Source: Macrostomum lignano
Taxonomy: Eukaryota
Direction: 5' to 3'
DNA: 64,000 bases
NCBI GenBank assembly: GCA_002269645.1
Contig: NIVC01002379.1
Span: forward strand, 1-64,000
Shown: piece by piece, positions 1 through 11,368 of the stretch
Numbering within the stretch: position 1 is the first letter of the stretch
Layout: each line of letters opens with the position of its first letter
Notes under the pieces: model-generated
The model's input: only the letters and a program-made list of their open reading frames with translations
Told to the model about the DNA's origin: nothing
Databases searched by the model: none
Translations under genes and position numbers: made by a program

Positions 1-1342
1 TGGCCATTGAGAGCAAAGAAATGCTCAAACATTGATGCTTATTAAGACTTTTTAGCAAAAAAATATTTACAAATAATAACCAAAGTCAGTAGAGGCAAAA
101 ACCTTAATTTGGACAGTTTTTGTTGAGTGCATGATAACTTATTTTGTTATACAATAAAAAAAACACAATAAAAAAACGGGCTCGACAAAAAATCTAAGAA
201 AGCGTAATTGTAAGTACTGGATTGAATCAGATTGCGCCGGAGACACCAGGAATGTGAAAACTTTGCAGTTTTGATCGCTGCCACTAGCTATATAATAAAA
301 TATGCTGCGAAGTTGTGAATAAATACAACTTGAACGCTATAGAAATTCTGTCACATTGAAGTGATAAAGTATATGATATATATGCTTAATTACAGCTTGT
401 GCTGGCCGGTACAATAAGGGAGATTAAATATAAATATATGGTTATATATGTATGCAATTGTTATTAGTTTATAAACTTTCCTGTTTACGGTTTTGCGTTT
501 TGCGGTTTTATAATTTCGAAAAAAACTTTCAGGCGGTTAATTTAAAAAAATTACCGAAAAAATTGAAGCGAGATTTTATCAAAATATAAATTAAAAAATA
601 CTCTTCACTTAAAATGAGCTTAATGTACCACACAGTAACTATGCATGCATATTGGTGTCGATAAATACTCTGATGGGAGAAAATAAGCATCGAATGCGAT
701 TATTGCAGGGCCAGAAAAGCACAAAACCTAATTAATGACGTAGAGATACACGCCTGCAAAAAGGTTATGATTATGATTATAACAGAATCGGTTTATCTGT
801 GTCACTGCACAAAGACGGCGATCAAATTAACTGTTTCAACAAATTGAAAAACTAGGTTTTAATGATTTTGTTCCGGAAATGATAATAAAACATTACATCA
901 TAATTAAAACAAAGAAGATTCATGATCATCTACTCAAAGAATAGCTTTTGATTACTATCTTTTTACAATCCTGGCTTATCCCGTAGCTATTTAGAGGTAA
1001 AAATACGGCATATCCTTGATTCGGCTTGCCAAAGGGTGGGTCTTAAACTTTGAATCGTTTTGAAGGCATAAAAGTTTTAAAGGTTCTGGGTATTCATGTG
1101 ACGCACATTATTTAGAGAAATAATTGCCTAGAAAAAATTCTACATTTATCCACTTAAGTTCACGAAAGGATCGGAATTTATTAATAGAAAAAAAAGCAAT
1201 AACAACATTATTGCCCTTTGTAATACACTTAATTAAAATATACTCGCTGTGATAGAAAATCGATTGACTCAAGCGCATCTCTTCGTCCCCGATCTTAATA
1301 TCCTGATTGCTCAAATGAGTTCGTGAGCTGGTTTTGGTCGCC

Positions 1343-3301
1343 TCAGTCCTTCGGTTCGATGGCCCTCACCAGGCAGCAGGCCACGATGATGCAGAATAGC
1401 TGCAATGGGATTTTTATTGGCTCATTTTGATCATAAATTCTCATTAAGTCTTGTAGAAGTATTTCAATCAAGGATCTTCCGAACCTTCTGAGCTTTACGA
1501 GAGTAGGAACGCATGTAATAATGATGTTTATGCGTTGCGGAAATTATTTATTGAAAGCAAAAGACTACAAATTCGCATGCCTGTGACGTATAGAGTTAAA
1601 TAACAAATGACTCACCTCAAACACGGCGATGCCAGCGCAGACGCCAATTAGTGGCCCGGCAAACTTGCCGATGAAATCCATGATGCCACTGTAGCAAGTC
1701 TGTAATTCAGTTGGGGGGATTTTCCAGTATTGTCATTCCTAAAGAATGACGCTCTCGCTTGACACACGGAGAGCAGTAGGTTCATATAGAACAAACTTAC
1801 CTTAGTGTGCTGCGTGGTGCCAGTAAAGGGGCAGCTGGGATCCACTAGAGTACCATTGAGTTTGGAAACCCAATTATAGCCTGGGGCAGCGGCTGCAGTC
1901 TTTTGATCCTGGCGAATCTGGCAGCAGGTGATGGGCGTTTGAAGCTCGCGGCCCTCCCAGCTGCGGTTGGACAGGAGCCAGCTGCTGCTGTTGGCAATGT
2001 CGCCTGGCTTTTTGGCTCCGCAGCAGTCGAACTGAAGCAATTTTGCAGAGAATGTCATAGCCAGCAGTTTAATAGAATACTGACAGAAGGCCTAAACCTT
2101 TTGACAGGACACCAATAAACAATCAAACAAATTAATTCTTGACAATGGAACTCTCGATTCGTACAAAGCGATGGCTAAAACGCTGAGACACACCGTCCAG
2201 CTCCCTCTCTTGGTCTCCCAGGGGATAAAGGGGATAATTGGTATCCAGTGAAGTCCGTTTGGTCCAAAGCTTTACTTTGGGCCCTCTTTAGAGCCATAAG
2301 TTGACACCCTCTTTGTGGTATTTTAACATTTCAGCATAATTTATCGTATAAAGTTCCCACCCTGCAATAGATGCGCAGAAAAGCTCACCGACATCTGCAG
2401 ATAGTTGATCAGGGTTGTAACAGTTTTATTATTATCGCTAGTTGAGTCGCTTAGGTAGTCGGTCATAGCTACGAACATCTTCTCCTGCAGGCCGTACATG
2501 CCGTCTTCGGCGGCGGTGCGGATGCGAGCCTGGTACACTGCAGCCAGAATGGCAGCGGTGACCTCCACAGCCAGCACCAGGCCGACCAGGAAGGCGTACT
2601 GCGGACGGTTGGCGGGAACGTAATCGCATCGAAGTACCATAATATGTCGCTATGTTAGTTGAGTCTAGGTAAGCTTTCAACAGTAGAAAACGTATAAGAT
2701 CAAAATAATCTACTTAAGTACTGATGGTATATTCATTCAAGGATTGACACCTACTACATGTTTACAGTCGTAAAATATACTAGCTATATAGAGCACGACT
2801 AAGAGCTGTGAGCGCGAAAGGTGTTGGTTAGAAACTGTCAGAGTTTTCAATAGTGGGATGTCAATTATGTGAGTGCTAAATGTCCTGCGACGCGAAAGCG
2901 AACCATGTGCCCTTTTATCCCACCGGCTAAACCAACGTAAAATTTAAGAGCTCTGAGCCGTACAAAACCAGCAAACAAACCCTCACCATTCCCAGCAGGC
3001 ACTTGGACTCTTTGACGGCGCCGCAGCAGCCGCAGAAGCCCACGACTAGCGTGAAAGCGCCGATCCCGATGAGAATGAATCCGGCCACCGTGACCAGGCC
3101 ATTCTGATTGGCTACCGAGTCTATCTGGCCCTTGTTGTCGCCCTGATCCACTCGGGCATCGATTAGATTGATGACTCGAAAAAGGTCGCTCTTGTTGACG
3201 GCAACCCATATTCCCACGCCGACGCTGGCGGCTCCCAGCAGGAAGAAGACAATATTGAAGATGAAGAGAATCATCTTCGCTAGAGACGTGCTGCAGCTCA
3301 T
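1343..3301 (-). CDS. Tetraspanin, 5 coding exons, ~298 aa
   Basis: Exons 3301-2987, 2598-2389, 2031-1801, 1699-1616 and 1399-1343, all GT-AG and phase 0, total 897 nt in one frame. Four TM segments, GFCGCCGA small loop, and a large loop with CCG, PITCC and two further Cys. Ends LFCIIVACCLVRAIEPKD*. Confidence 0.93.
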
Positions 3302-6300
3302 GACTCTTGGCTTGTTTTTTGATATGTTGCTGCTGAAATATGATTTTTTAGTACATTTTGAGGGCTTGAGTCAGTGGAGACGCATCTTTATCTATGTAAT
3401 TTAACGTACGTATACTTACATGCCTAAAAGTCGGTTTCCTGGGAAATCGAATGTGTTTTCGTGTCCTTTTGACTTCCTGTGTTAGAATCTGTCCGGCGAA
3501 TGTCGAGTTGAAATGCCAGAAATTTTTCTATCAAGCCTAACAAAGCATTAGGCAAGAGAAGAGAGTTTCTGTTTTTTTAGAGACGCGTAAGAAGAGAGAG
3601 AGCTAGGAGGGGCAAAATCTCCCGATCGATATAGCCGTTACCTGGGAAACTCGTCCTTCGCCCATCGTTTAGAAAGCGGCAATGCTCCCTAGGCGTACAG
3701 CCGGGTGCAGAGGGACAGTGATGGAGAGCGATCCTGTGAGTGAGAGAAAAAGGGAATGGAGAGTTTCGTCTTCCCCTTTGAGGAGAGAAACGGCAGAAGA
3801 GTACACATAGTGGAGAGAGGATTTTCTGATGAGCACTAATTATCTCGTCCCTTTATCTATCTCTAATCCAACGACCTCCACGACCCGCGATCCTGCTCGC
3901 CCCTAGTGGTACTGCAAAGGGACAGAGAGACGAGCTGGCTCGTGCATCGGTTTTTTGTTTTTTGCAACCTGCAAGCCGCCGCTTCCCTTGCCATCCCATT
4001 CTTTCTGTTAACTCAATAGCGCATGGCAAGCAATGATCCCTTCTTCTCTCAGCGGCCGCAAAGCCATGTCCCTGTCGCTGCCTCCGCCTGGCTAATTTTA
4101 GAAACAACCAAGCAGCCACTCCTCGGGCGCATTACCTTACTTGACCCATATGCTAATCCGCCAATCCCATCTCTTTCCAGCCTTCCCCAGGCTTTTCATT
4201 CGACTTAGAATCCGTTGACATTTCGAGTCTTTCAGAAAAGCACTACAGAAAATTTTGCGTTAGAGATGGCTGATTTCTCACATGTTTTACTTGGATTGCA
4301 TGTCATGTTCTGCTGATAGCTTAGAGCTGTCTTGGTTACCTATTAGCTCCATTGTTAAGATTAAATTGTTTTATAAAATATGAAAAATCTAATGCTCAGT
4401 TGTTAAAACTGGTGTGGTTCGTTTAGTTTCAATGAATTACATTAATTAGTGCAATGCGTTTTTGCCCACTCCGGCAGCAACTGCTCACAGCGTAGCTGCA
4501 CTCAACCCTGATAATGACAAATTTAATGAGTGCTTAAGTGCCTCTAAAAATTAGTAGAGTTAATTAGTTAACGATTCATTTCCCAGTAGCAGCTCTGCTG
4601 CCGCAAGATCACGAAGAGTTTGCTTTAGCACACTAGAGAGAGGGAAAAAGAAGAGAGAGAGAATTAAGTCCAGTGTCTAAACACACGAACTCCCACTTCC
4701 AGACCTCAAGCCTGGGAACAAAATTCAGTGATCACCTACTGGTGCGGGCTCCTCTTCTTTGTCGTGCAGGTCTGTAGAACTCGTAGTCTTCTTGCGGAGT
4801 TGTCTTCTTGAATTCAGAAAATAGTAACAATTTAATCCATCGACGTGGAAGTATTCCTCGAGTGCAAAAATGAGAAATGCGCCCTAATAACAAAATCAAC
4901 TCTATAACAATGACGAGGTCCTCCATAAAGGGCGTCTTCTTCTATAGAAATAACGGAATCGGAGTCGTGTGCTCCTAACGGTTACTCTAGGGTACCAAAA
5001 TCAATCAAATCGATAATCCTCTAAGAGTATCGGAATCGGTCCGCAGATCCTATCCTATCCCTTAAGAAAAGGGAGGCCTCAAATTCAATGAACTCAGTAA
5101 AATCAACTGATCAGTAACAGCCGGCAAAAAAATCACTCTCAATAATAAAATAACAAAGACTCGAACAAAGGCTTACCAATCGGTATTTGTTTCCCACAGA
5201 GATATAGCCTCGCTCCGCTGCTCTGGCAAAGCTCAAGATCTTGTGAGGCTGCTCCGATTCTGGGATTTCAGCTCGGATTTTTCGCTTGTATTTATACACA
5301 ATTTGAGTCGATCTTGAGCTCAAACTGGTTTTTTTATGAGTTCACGAAAGGAATTTTTATTATTTGACAGGTGGGGTTTTTTAATAGAAACAGTGAAACT
5401 TAGGTAAATTTCAGGTTAAAGTTTGCTGTATTTCGGAGTTCTAAAATTAAATCTTGTTAACCGGTTTTTCGCACAATGAAATTGTCATTTGCTGTTTTCG
5501 TGATACTACTAAGAATAGGTTATGATCGCGGGACATAATTTTGTTTTTTTCGCATTTTATCTCACTACTTCTAGTAGTCTGTTTGTACTGTATTTTGGAG
5601 ATTTCTACACTCACCCCGACTCCCTCCCATTCAGAGTTTCTGCGTCTATGGCAGACAGACTTCCTACCCCAGCACCCCTTTTATCTCCAGCAGTCGGCAG
5701 TAGAGCTTCCGCAAAAATTGTTCAGCTGGAAATTAAACTTGGATAAAAAACGTATGGAATTGAACTACGATTTGATTTTAGAATTACACGACTTTTATTT
5801 GATGTAACAATCTTAGATGCAGCAAGACGAGTAGTATACTATTAGAACGCCAGCACAGAAAACAACAACATAGCAAGATAGAAAGCAGCATAGTTACAAA
5901 GTAGAGAGAAAATAACTGTTGTTGTCTCTTTTTTATTGGGTCGTTTATTTACCCGGCCAAATAAAAGAAACGGACGTTAGCATAGACTTATTTAGATCGA
6001 GTGTGCAAGTGGAGAATAAATAGCAGACTATATACATACAGCTATACATCAATACAAATATAAATTGCCGTTTAAAAATAAAACTATTATGAAGCAGGGA
6101 CTTCTTGAGCACTCTGCAGGACTGGAAACTCACAATCACGCATGGTAAAGGGTTAATTGTTAAGGTGGATTAGAGGCGATTCCTAAGGTGAATTTGGGGT
6201 ACTTGGGATGAAGCTTTTTCACCATGATTTGCGAGTTTCCCGTCCTGGGTGATTAAGACACTCAGGCTGATTAAGAAGGCCTTGTTATAAAGCTGAAACT

Positions 6301-6683
6301 GCTTCATGAACTAAATTTGTGCTGCCGGTGGTCAACAAGCAGACTGCAGCTATCTATGGTCAAAAAGTAAAAGCCGCGTTTTTATGACTAGCTGCAGCTG
6401 CGAAGTTGGCAAGGTCGCTTCCTGGTAACCTTGTACTAAGGATTATAAATATACTACTGAATGGTAGGTTATGGATTCAAAACGTTAACAGACCACAGTA
6501 CAGACAGCACAGTTCTGTGGACAGCAGTACAAGAGAATATTGAATTGTGTTGATGTGTCTTCAAACAACTACCAAACCAAGCAATACCAACAGCTGTTTA
6601 TGGTGGTCTCCACTCTGTACAGCTGAATTCCTGGTGAGTTGACTCTACAGAACGGATTTTTTATTTAAATGTCACTTGCATAT

Positions 6684-7670
6684 CAACAACAACAACAACA
6701 AAACACGCTGTCAGGTGGAAAAATGCAGCGTCACAGCGCACGCTTCAGAGCCTGGGCGCGAACAAAGGCCGCACCGCCGGCAGAGTCCGGGGCGCCAGCG
6801 TCGGCCAGCAGGCAGTCGACGAAACGCCGAGTTCGGGCCTGGCCGCGCCGGTAGGGTGCCTGCAGCGTTAGCAGCAGCACCTCCTGCACCGGCTGCGGGC
6901 AGTAGGACTCGACGCGGATGATGTGGCCTGCCAGCTGGAGTCGCCGAAGTCGCAGCAGTTCACTTGGACGGGCCAGGCCGGCGCGGCGATAGAGTGCCGC
7001 GTTGGTGATCGGCTCGTCGCTGATCATAAAGGCGGCGCGCAGCAGGCCAGCGTGCGCCGCGTTGACTTGCTGTTCGAGCAAATCCATCAGCGTCCAGGTC
7101 TCGGCGTTGTACAACAGAACGATCTCCGGAACAGCGCCGCCCTCTGGCGGTCAGGTAGGGCCTCGGACTGCAGGACAGCCCTCACAGAACGAAAGGCAGC
7201 CCAAGCGAGCCCGCGGCGACGCCGCAGATCTTTGCGGACGTCAGGTACCAGACCGCCGAGGTAGACGAATTAACTGCTGACAGCGCGGAAGCTCCGTTAC
7301 CTGCCCGTCAGCGCCTCGGTAGAAAATTGCGGCCTCGATGTCGCCCGGCACGCAGAGCACAACGGTCTTCTTCGTGTTGACCACCAGGCCGACGCTCGCT
7401 GCAGCGCTAACCAGCTTGTCCAGCTGGCGCTGGGCGCCCCCTCTACGGTCGAGGACAGCAGGGCGAGGTTATCGGCGTAGCCAAGCACGCTGAGCCGTTT
7501 CTCCGGTTGACGTCGACCCACGCGTCGCCACAGTAGGAAGCCGTCTTCGTCGGTAGGAAGAGCAGCACCCAGTCAAGCACCAGGACGAACAGGAACGGCG
7601 CTAGAGTGTCCCCCTGGAGCACCCCGGAGGATGTCTCGAAGGAGTCCGACAGGCCATCCGGCGTCATCAC
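6684..7670 (-). mobile_element. 5'-truncated, frameshifted RTE-like non-LTR retrotransposon (3' part of the RT ORF plus tail)
   Basis: RT motifs TPDG..GVLQGDTLAPFLF and GYADNLAL (YADD degenerate), then YNAETWTL and RLRRLQLAGHI, spread across shifted frames. Stop at 6731, followed by a (TTG)n tail at 6684-6701. No TSD found. Confidence 0.85.
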
Positions 7671-8298
7671 ATATATTACACTTAATGATCGAACTGTCGA
7701 GGCATCCGTCGCCGTGCGTGAAGACATAACAAGCATACGTGCTAACAGTATTTACAAGTAGATACAAATACATTTAAAGCATATTGAAAGAGTTTGAAAG
7801 AGTTAAAGTTGAAAAAACTTCATTGTTAAGCTGTGTGATGAAGAGCCACTGTACTGTACGATGCAGATGTGCCGAGTGCTTAATCCTGTCCCGCCTATCC
7901 TTTCTATAGGACTGTAGGATTCGGGGCGGTCTATAGCTGATGACAAAAAATAATATTACTATATTCCAATATAGTCCTGTCCTCGCAAGCACTGTGCTTG
8001 CAGACACATCAGGATGCAGCGCCTCATGCACCGCGTCTGGGGCAGCATGACTCTAACAGCTGGAGTCTACAGCAGGGTCGCTTGGTCCGGTTAATATTTA
8101 ACAGGACAGTCTCGATCACGCCTGCATGGAACAACGTACGCGCCGCGCCACCCAGCAGAGTCGATCAGGACTACAGGACAGCACCCAGAACGAAACGCAG
8201 TCAATTCAAGAAAAGCAATTAGAAGTCTAAAGTGCCCCTGCTTAGTATTGACCTAAATAACCAAACCGGAACAACAATTTTTTTTCTATTGGTACAAG

Positions 8299-8677
8299 CA
8301 GGGGCATCGCCATGGATTTTATGATGGGGGGACAAAGCCATGCAAGAATTCAACATGTACATATACATGACTAAATTTTGGCACTCATTTTAGCGCCGCA
8401 GGCACTCATTTTGGCGCCGCAGGCATTCCTTTTAGCGCCGCAGGCACTCATTTTAGCGCCGCAGGCACTCATTTTAGATTAGCGCCGCAGGCACTCATTT
8501 TGGCGCAGAAGGCGCTATATTTTGTCGCCCTGAAGAAAAATTATTGATTACCACATTAATTCACAACGACTCACAAAGGTGTGGGGGTGGGGGGACAAAG
8601 CATTGGCATGTCCCCCCAAAGCTTTTACTGGGGGACGGGGGACATGTCCCCCTGTTCCCCCGGTGGCGACGCGCCTG
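8299..8677. mobile_element. hAT-type MITE, family A copy 1, with internal ~22-bp minisatellite
   Basis: Imperfect TIRs CAGGGGCATCGCCA / revcomp CAGGCGCGTCGCCA. Exact 8-bp TSD GGTACAAG at 8291-8298 and 8678-8685. Homologous to 50390-50857. Confidence 0.9.
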
Positions 8678-9270
8678 GGTACAAGTATACATGCATGTTA
8701 CATGTATACATGTAGACCTACATGTACATGTACAGGTATAGCTAACGCGTGTAAACGTAAGAAAATAAAGCGACACCTTTCTTTTGAACGTATGCATGTG
8801 TTTTGTCATGAAATGTTTTTAATGGCCTCTCGAAATCGATGTATTGTAATGTTTTCCACCTTGACACCCGATATTTAGTGGGGCTTATGGCGTGTAACAT
8901 AAAACAGGATTTATCATTCGTTCTCGATTTTTATATTTCTGCAGTTAAAGTCAAAAGTCTTACAGATGGACAACAGACACGCAGATCTTGAACATTTAGT
9001 ATCGGGTAAATAACAAATAGTCCAAAAAATTGGTTTATTGGACACCACACAATTGCGGGCTAAAACCATGAGTTTTAGTCCGGAAAATGATATTTTAAAG
9101 AATAAATTTAGTTCTTCTGTTATGTAGCCTTGTACAAAACTGCCACTAAATTTTATTATTAATTGATTTGTGTCATTTTCTGACAATGTTTGGACAATTT
9201 TTTTGTTTTAATCTGTATTCAAAAGAAACCATATTTTTAAAAGATTTTTAAAACCACGCTTTTGCCCCCG

Positions 9271-9286
9271 GATTGGTCCTGATTGG
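9271..9286 (+). promoter_or_regulatory. Paired inverted CCAAT boxes, possible promoter of the zinc-finger gene
   Basis: GATTGG at 9271 and 9281 (10-bp spacing) in a small GC-rich patch, followed by ~1 kb of AT-rich intron-like DNA before the ATG at 10328. Confidence 0.35.
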
Positions 9287-10327
9287 CCCCGCTCAGGCGC
9301 TCACTACCACTCGCAAGTTATAAGTATATCCTTTAACAGTCAAAAGTTACGAAGCTACATACATTGGCAGCAAAAACCATTTATCTGTAGTGAAACTCGA
9401 AGTTTCTACAATATATTTTTATTCTCTCAGTTTTGATTTGCTGCTGCTTTCATTTCATAGGGCCTAGTATTATTATTATTAAGCCATGTATTATTTAAGA
9501 AATTAACGCATTGCCATTAAGATGGATTATCAGACTTGTAGTTCCATATCTAGAATATTAATAGCATTGCTACTAGAATTAAAAGATGTCAGTAGAAGGC
9601 TATAAGCTATTTAGTAAAGGGACTAGGTGTAGGCTAGAGGACCTATGGCTAAAGATAAATTTAAATTTGGCCTATTTATTGATTTATTTTTTTATTTGAA
9701 TTTTTTAGGCCTTTAATAAAACTATTAATTACATTTTGCAAATTAAAAAGCAACTTTAAAATACTGTATAATCAACTGAATAAGTAAGCAGTAAGCTTAT
9801 AACCCAAAATCAAATTTAGCAGTAATTTATAACAACAAACTCAATAATTAATTATAGTTTGGTAGTTATTACCTTAAAAATTAGTTAAAATTGTCTACTA
9901 AAAAGCATTGTTTTATTATGCTCATATTATTGTGTAATTTAAAAAATAATCATAACTCATACTTTTTCTTGAGACCCAGCCTATGGGCTATGGTTTACAT
10001 TATTTTTTCTTTATAATAATAAGTTTTGATTTTTATAGGCCTATGTAGAGATTAATATACTTGAAATTCCATTTATAAATTTTCTTTATAAAATTTATTG
10101 CAATTTTGTTAATATTTGGTTCAATTGGTTGTATAAATATTCTACAATTATACCTGTTTTTGTTATTTATTTTGTTATTATATATGAATAAATATGAATA
10201 AACAGGCATTGTATTATAATAATTTTTTAAACTTAAACATATTTCTAATATTTAGATAACTAGTTTTGACTATAATAATAATCTGAATGCAACATATTTT
10301 TATCAAATATGACATCCCAATTGCCGC

Positions 10328-11368
10328 ATGGCGTCATTCCAGCAGCCATTCACCATGCAGCTGATCACAGCTGATGGCGTGTCACTGCTGCCAGCTCACA
10401 CTATCATTACTAGTGCTCCTGCCGACTTTCTCCGCAAAGATGGCCAACCAATTCAAGTGACAACAACCTCTGGCGGCTATGCTCAGGCAATTGAGGTCAA
10501 GCCTGGCCAAGTCCTGTCTGGCCAAGTACTATCTGGCCAAATTCTGTCTGGCCAGATGCTTCCAAGCCAGATGCTATCTGGCCAAGTCCTGCCTGGCCAA
10601 GTGCTGAGTGGCCAGATGCCTCTGACAGCTGGGTCGCGCGATTTTTTTGGCCAGGCTGGCCAGCACGTGAAGCTGCAAGCTTTGCCGCATTCCTTCATCA
10701 TACCGACTGCTCAGCTACTGCCCCAGCAGAAGGTGGAAGCTCAGCAGCCTGGTGTGCCGCAGCAGCAGGCGGCCCATCATCAGCAGCATCAGCAGCCGCA
10801 GCAGTGGGTCAAGACTGAGCCCGGCGGTGCTGTCGTGGCTGTTCCGATGCCCCAGCAGCAGCTGCAGCAGCAACAGGCTCAGCCAGCCGGAGGCTTGCCC
10901 TGCACCACCTGCGGCAAGATTGTGGCTGACGCGGCTAAGCTCAAGCGGCACATGGCGACGCACACGGCGGAGGCGGCCGCTTCAGCTGGCGCATTTCCCT
11001 GCGAACACTGCGGCAAAGCCTTCGGCTCCAGCTACAGGCTGCGGCGGCACGCCGTCATTCACAGCGACGCCAAGCCGTACACCTGCCCGACCTGCCACAA
11101 GGCCTTCAGCCGGTCCTACAGCCTCACCACCCATATCAAGATCCACAGCGGCACCAAGGACCATCGCTGCAGTTATTGCGACAAGGCCTACGCCAGGTCC
11201 GACCACCTGCGCCGGCATATCCTGCACGCCCACACGCCGGGCGGCGCGCCGGCCACGCATCGGCCGCCGGCGGCCAAGAATTTTATGTGCCCAGTGTGCG
11301 GCAAGGCCTTCTCCGACTCGTCGCACCTGCGCCGGCACATGCGGACCCATCCGGGCCAGACCGTCTGA
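10328..11368 (+). CDS. C2H2 zinc-finger transcription factor, 5 fingers, Q-rich N-terminus, single coding exon, 346 aa
   Basis: CxxC..HxxxH(x)H fingers (CTTC, CEHC, CPTC, CSYC, CPVC) with SDAKPY and SGTKDH linkers. GC-rich codons flanked by AT-rich DNA. Confidence 0.93.
   Translation: MASFQQPFTMQLITADGVSLLPAHTIITSAPADFLRKDGQPIQVTTTSGGYAQAIEVKPGQVLSGQVLSGQILSGQMLPSQMLSGQVLPGQVLSGQMPLTAGSRDFFGQAGQHVKLQALPHSFIIPTAQLLPQQKVEAQQPGVPQQQAAHHQQHQQPQQWVKTEPGGAVVAVPMPQQQLQQQQAQPAGGLPCTTCGKIVADAAKLKRHMATHTAEAAASAGAFPCEHCGKAFGSSYRLRRHAVIHSDAKPYTCPTCHKAFSRSYSLTTHIKIHSGTKDHRCSYCDKAYARSDHLRRHILHAHTPGGAPATHRPPAAKNFMCPVCGKAFSDSSHLRRHMRTHPGQTV

Noticed and set aside
3826-3860. CTGATGAG hammerhead core word (also at ~26464)
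   Set aside because: No stem II followed by GAAA.
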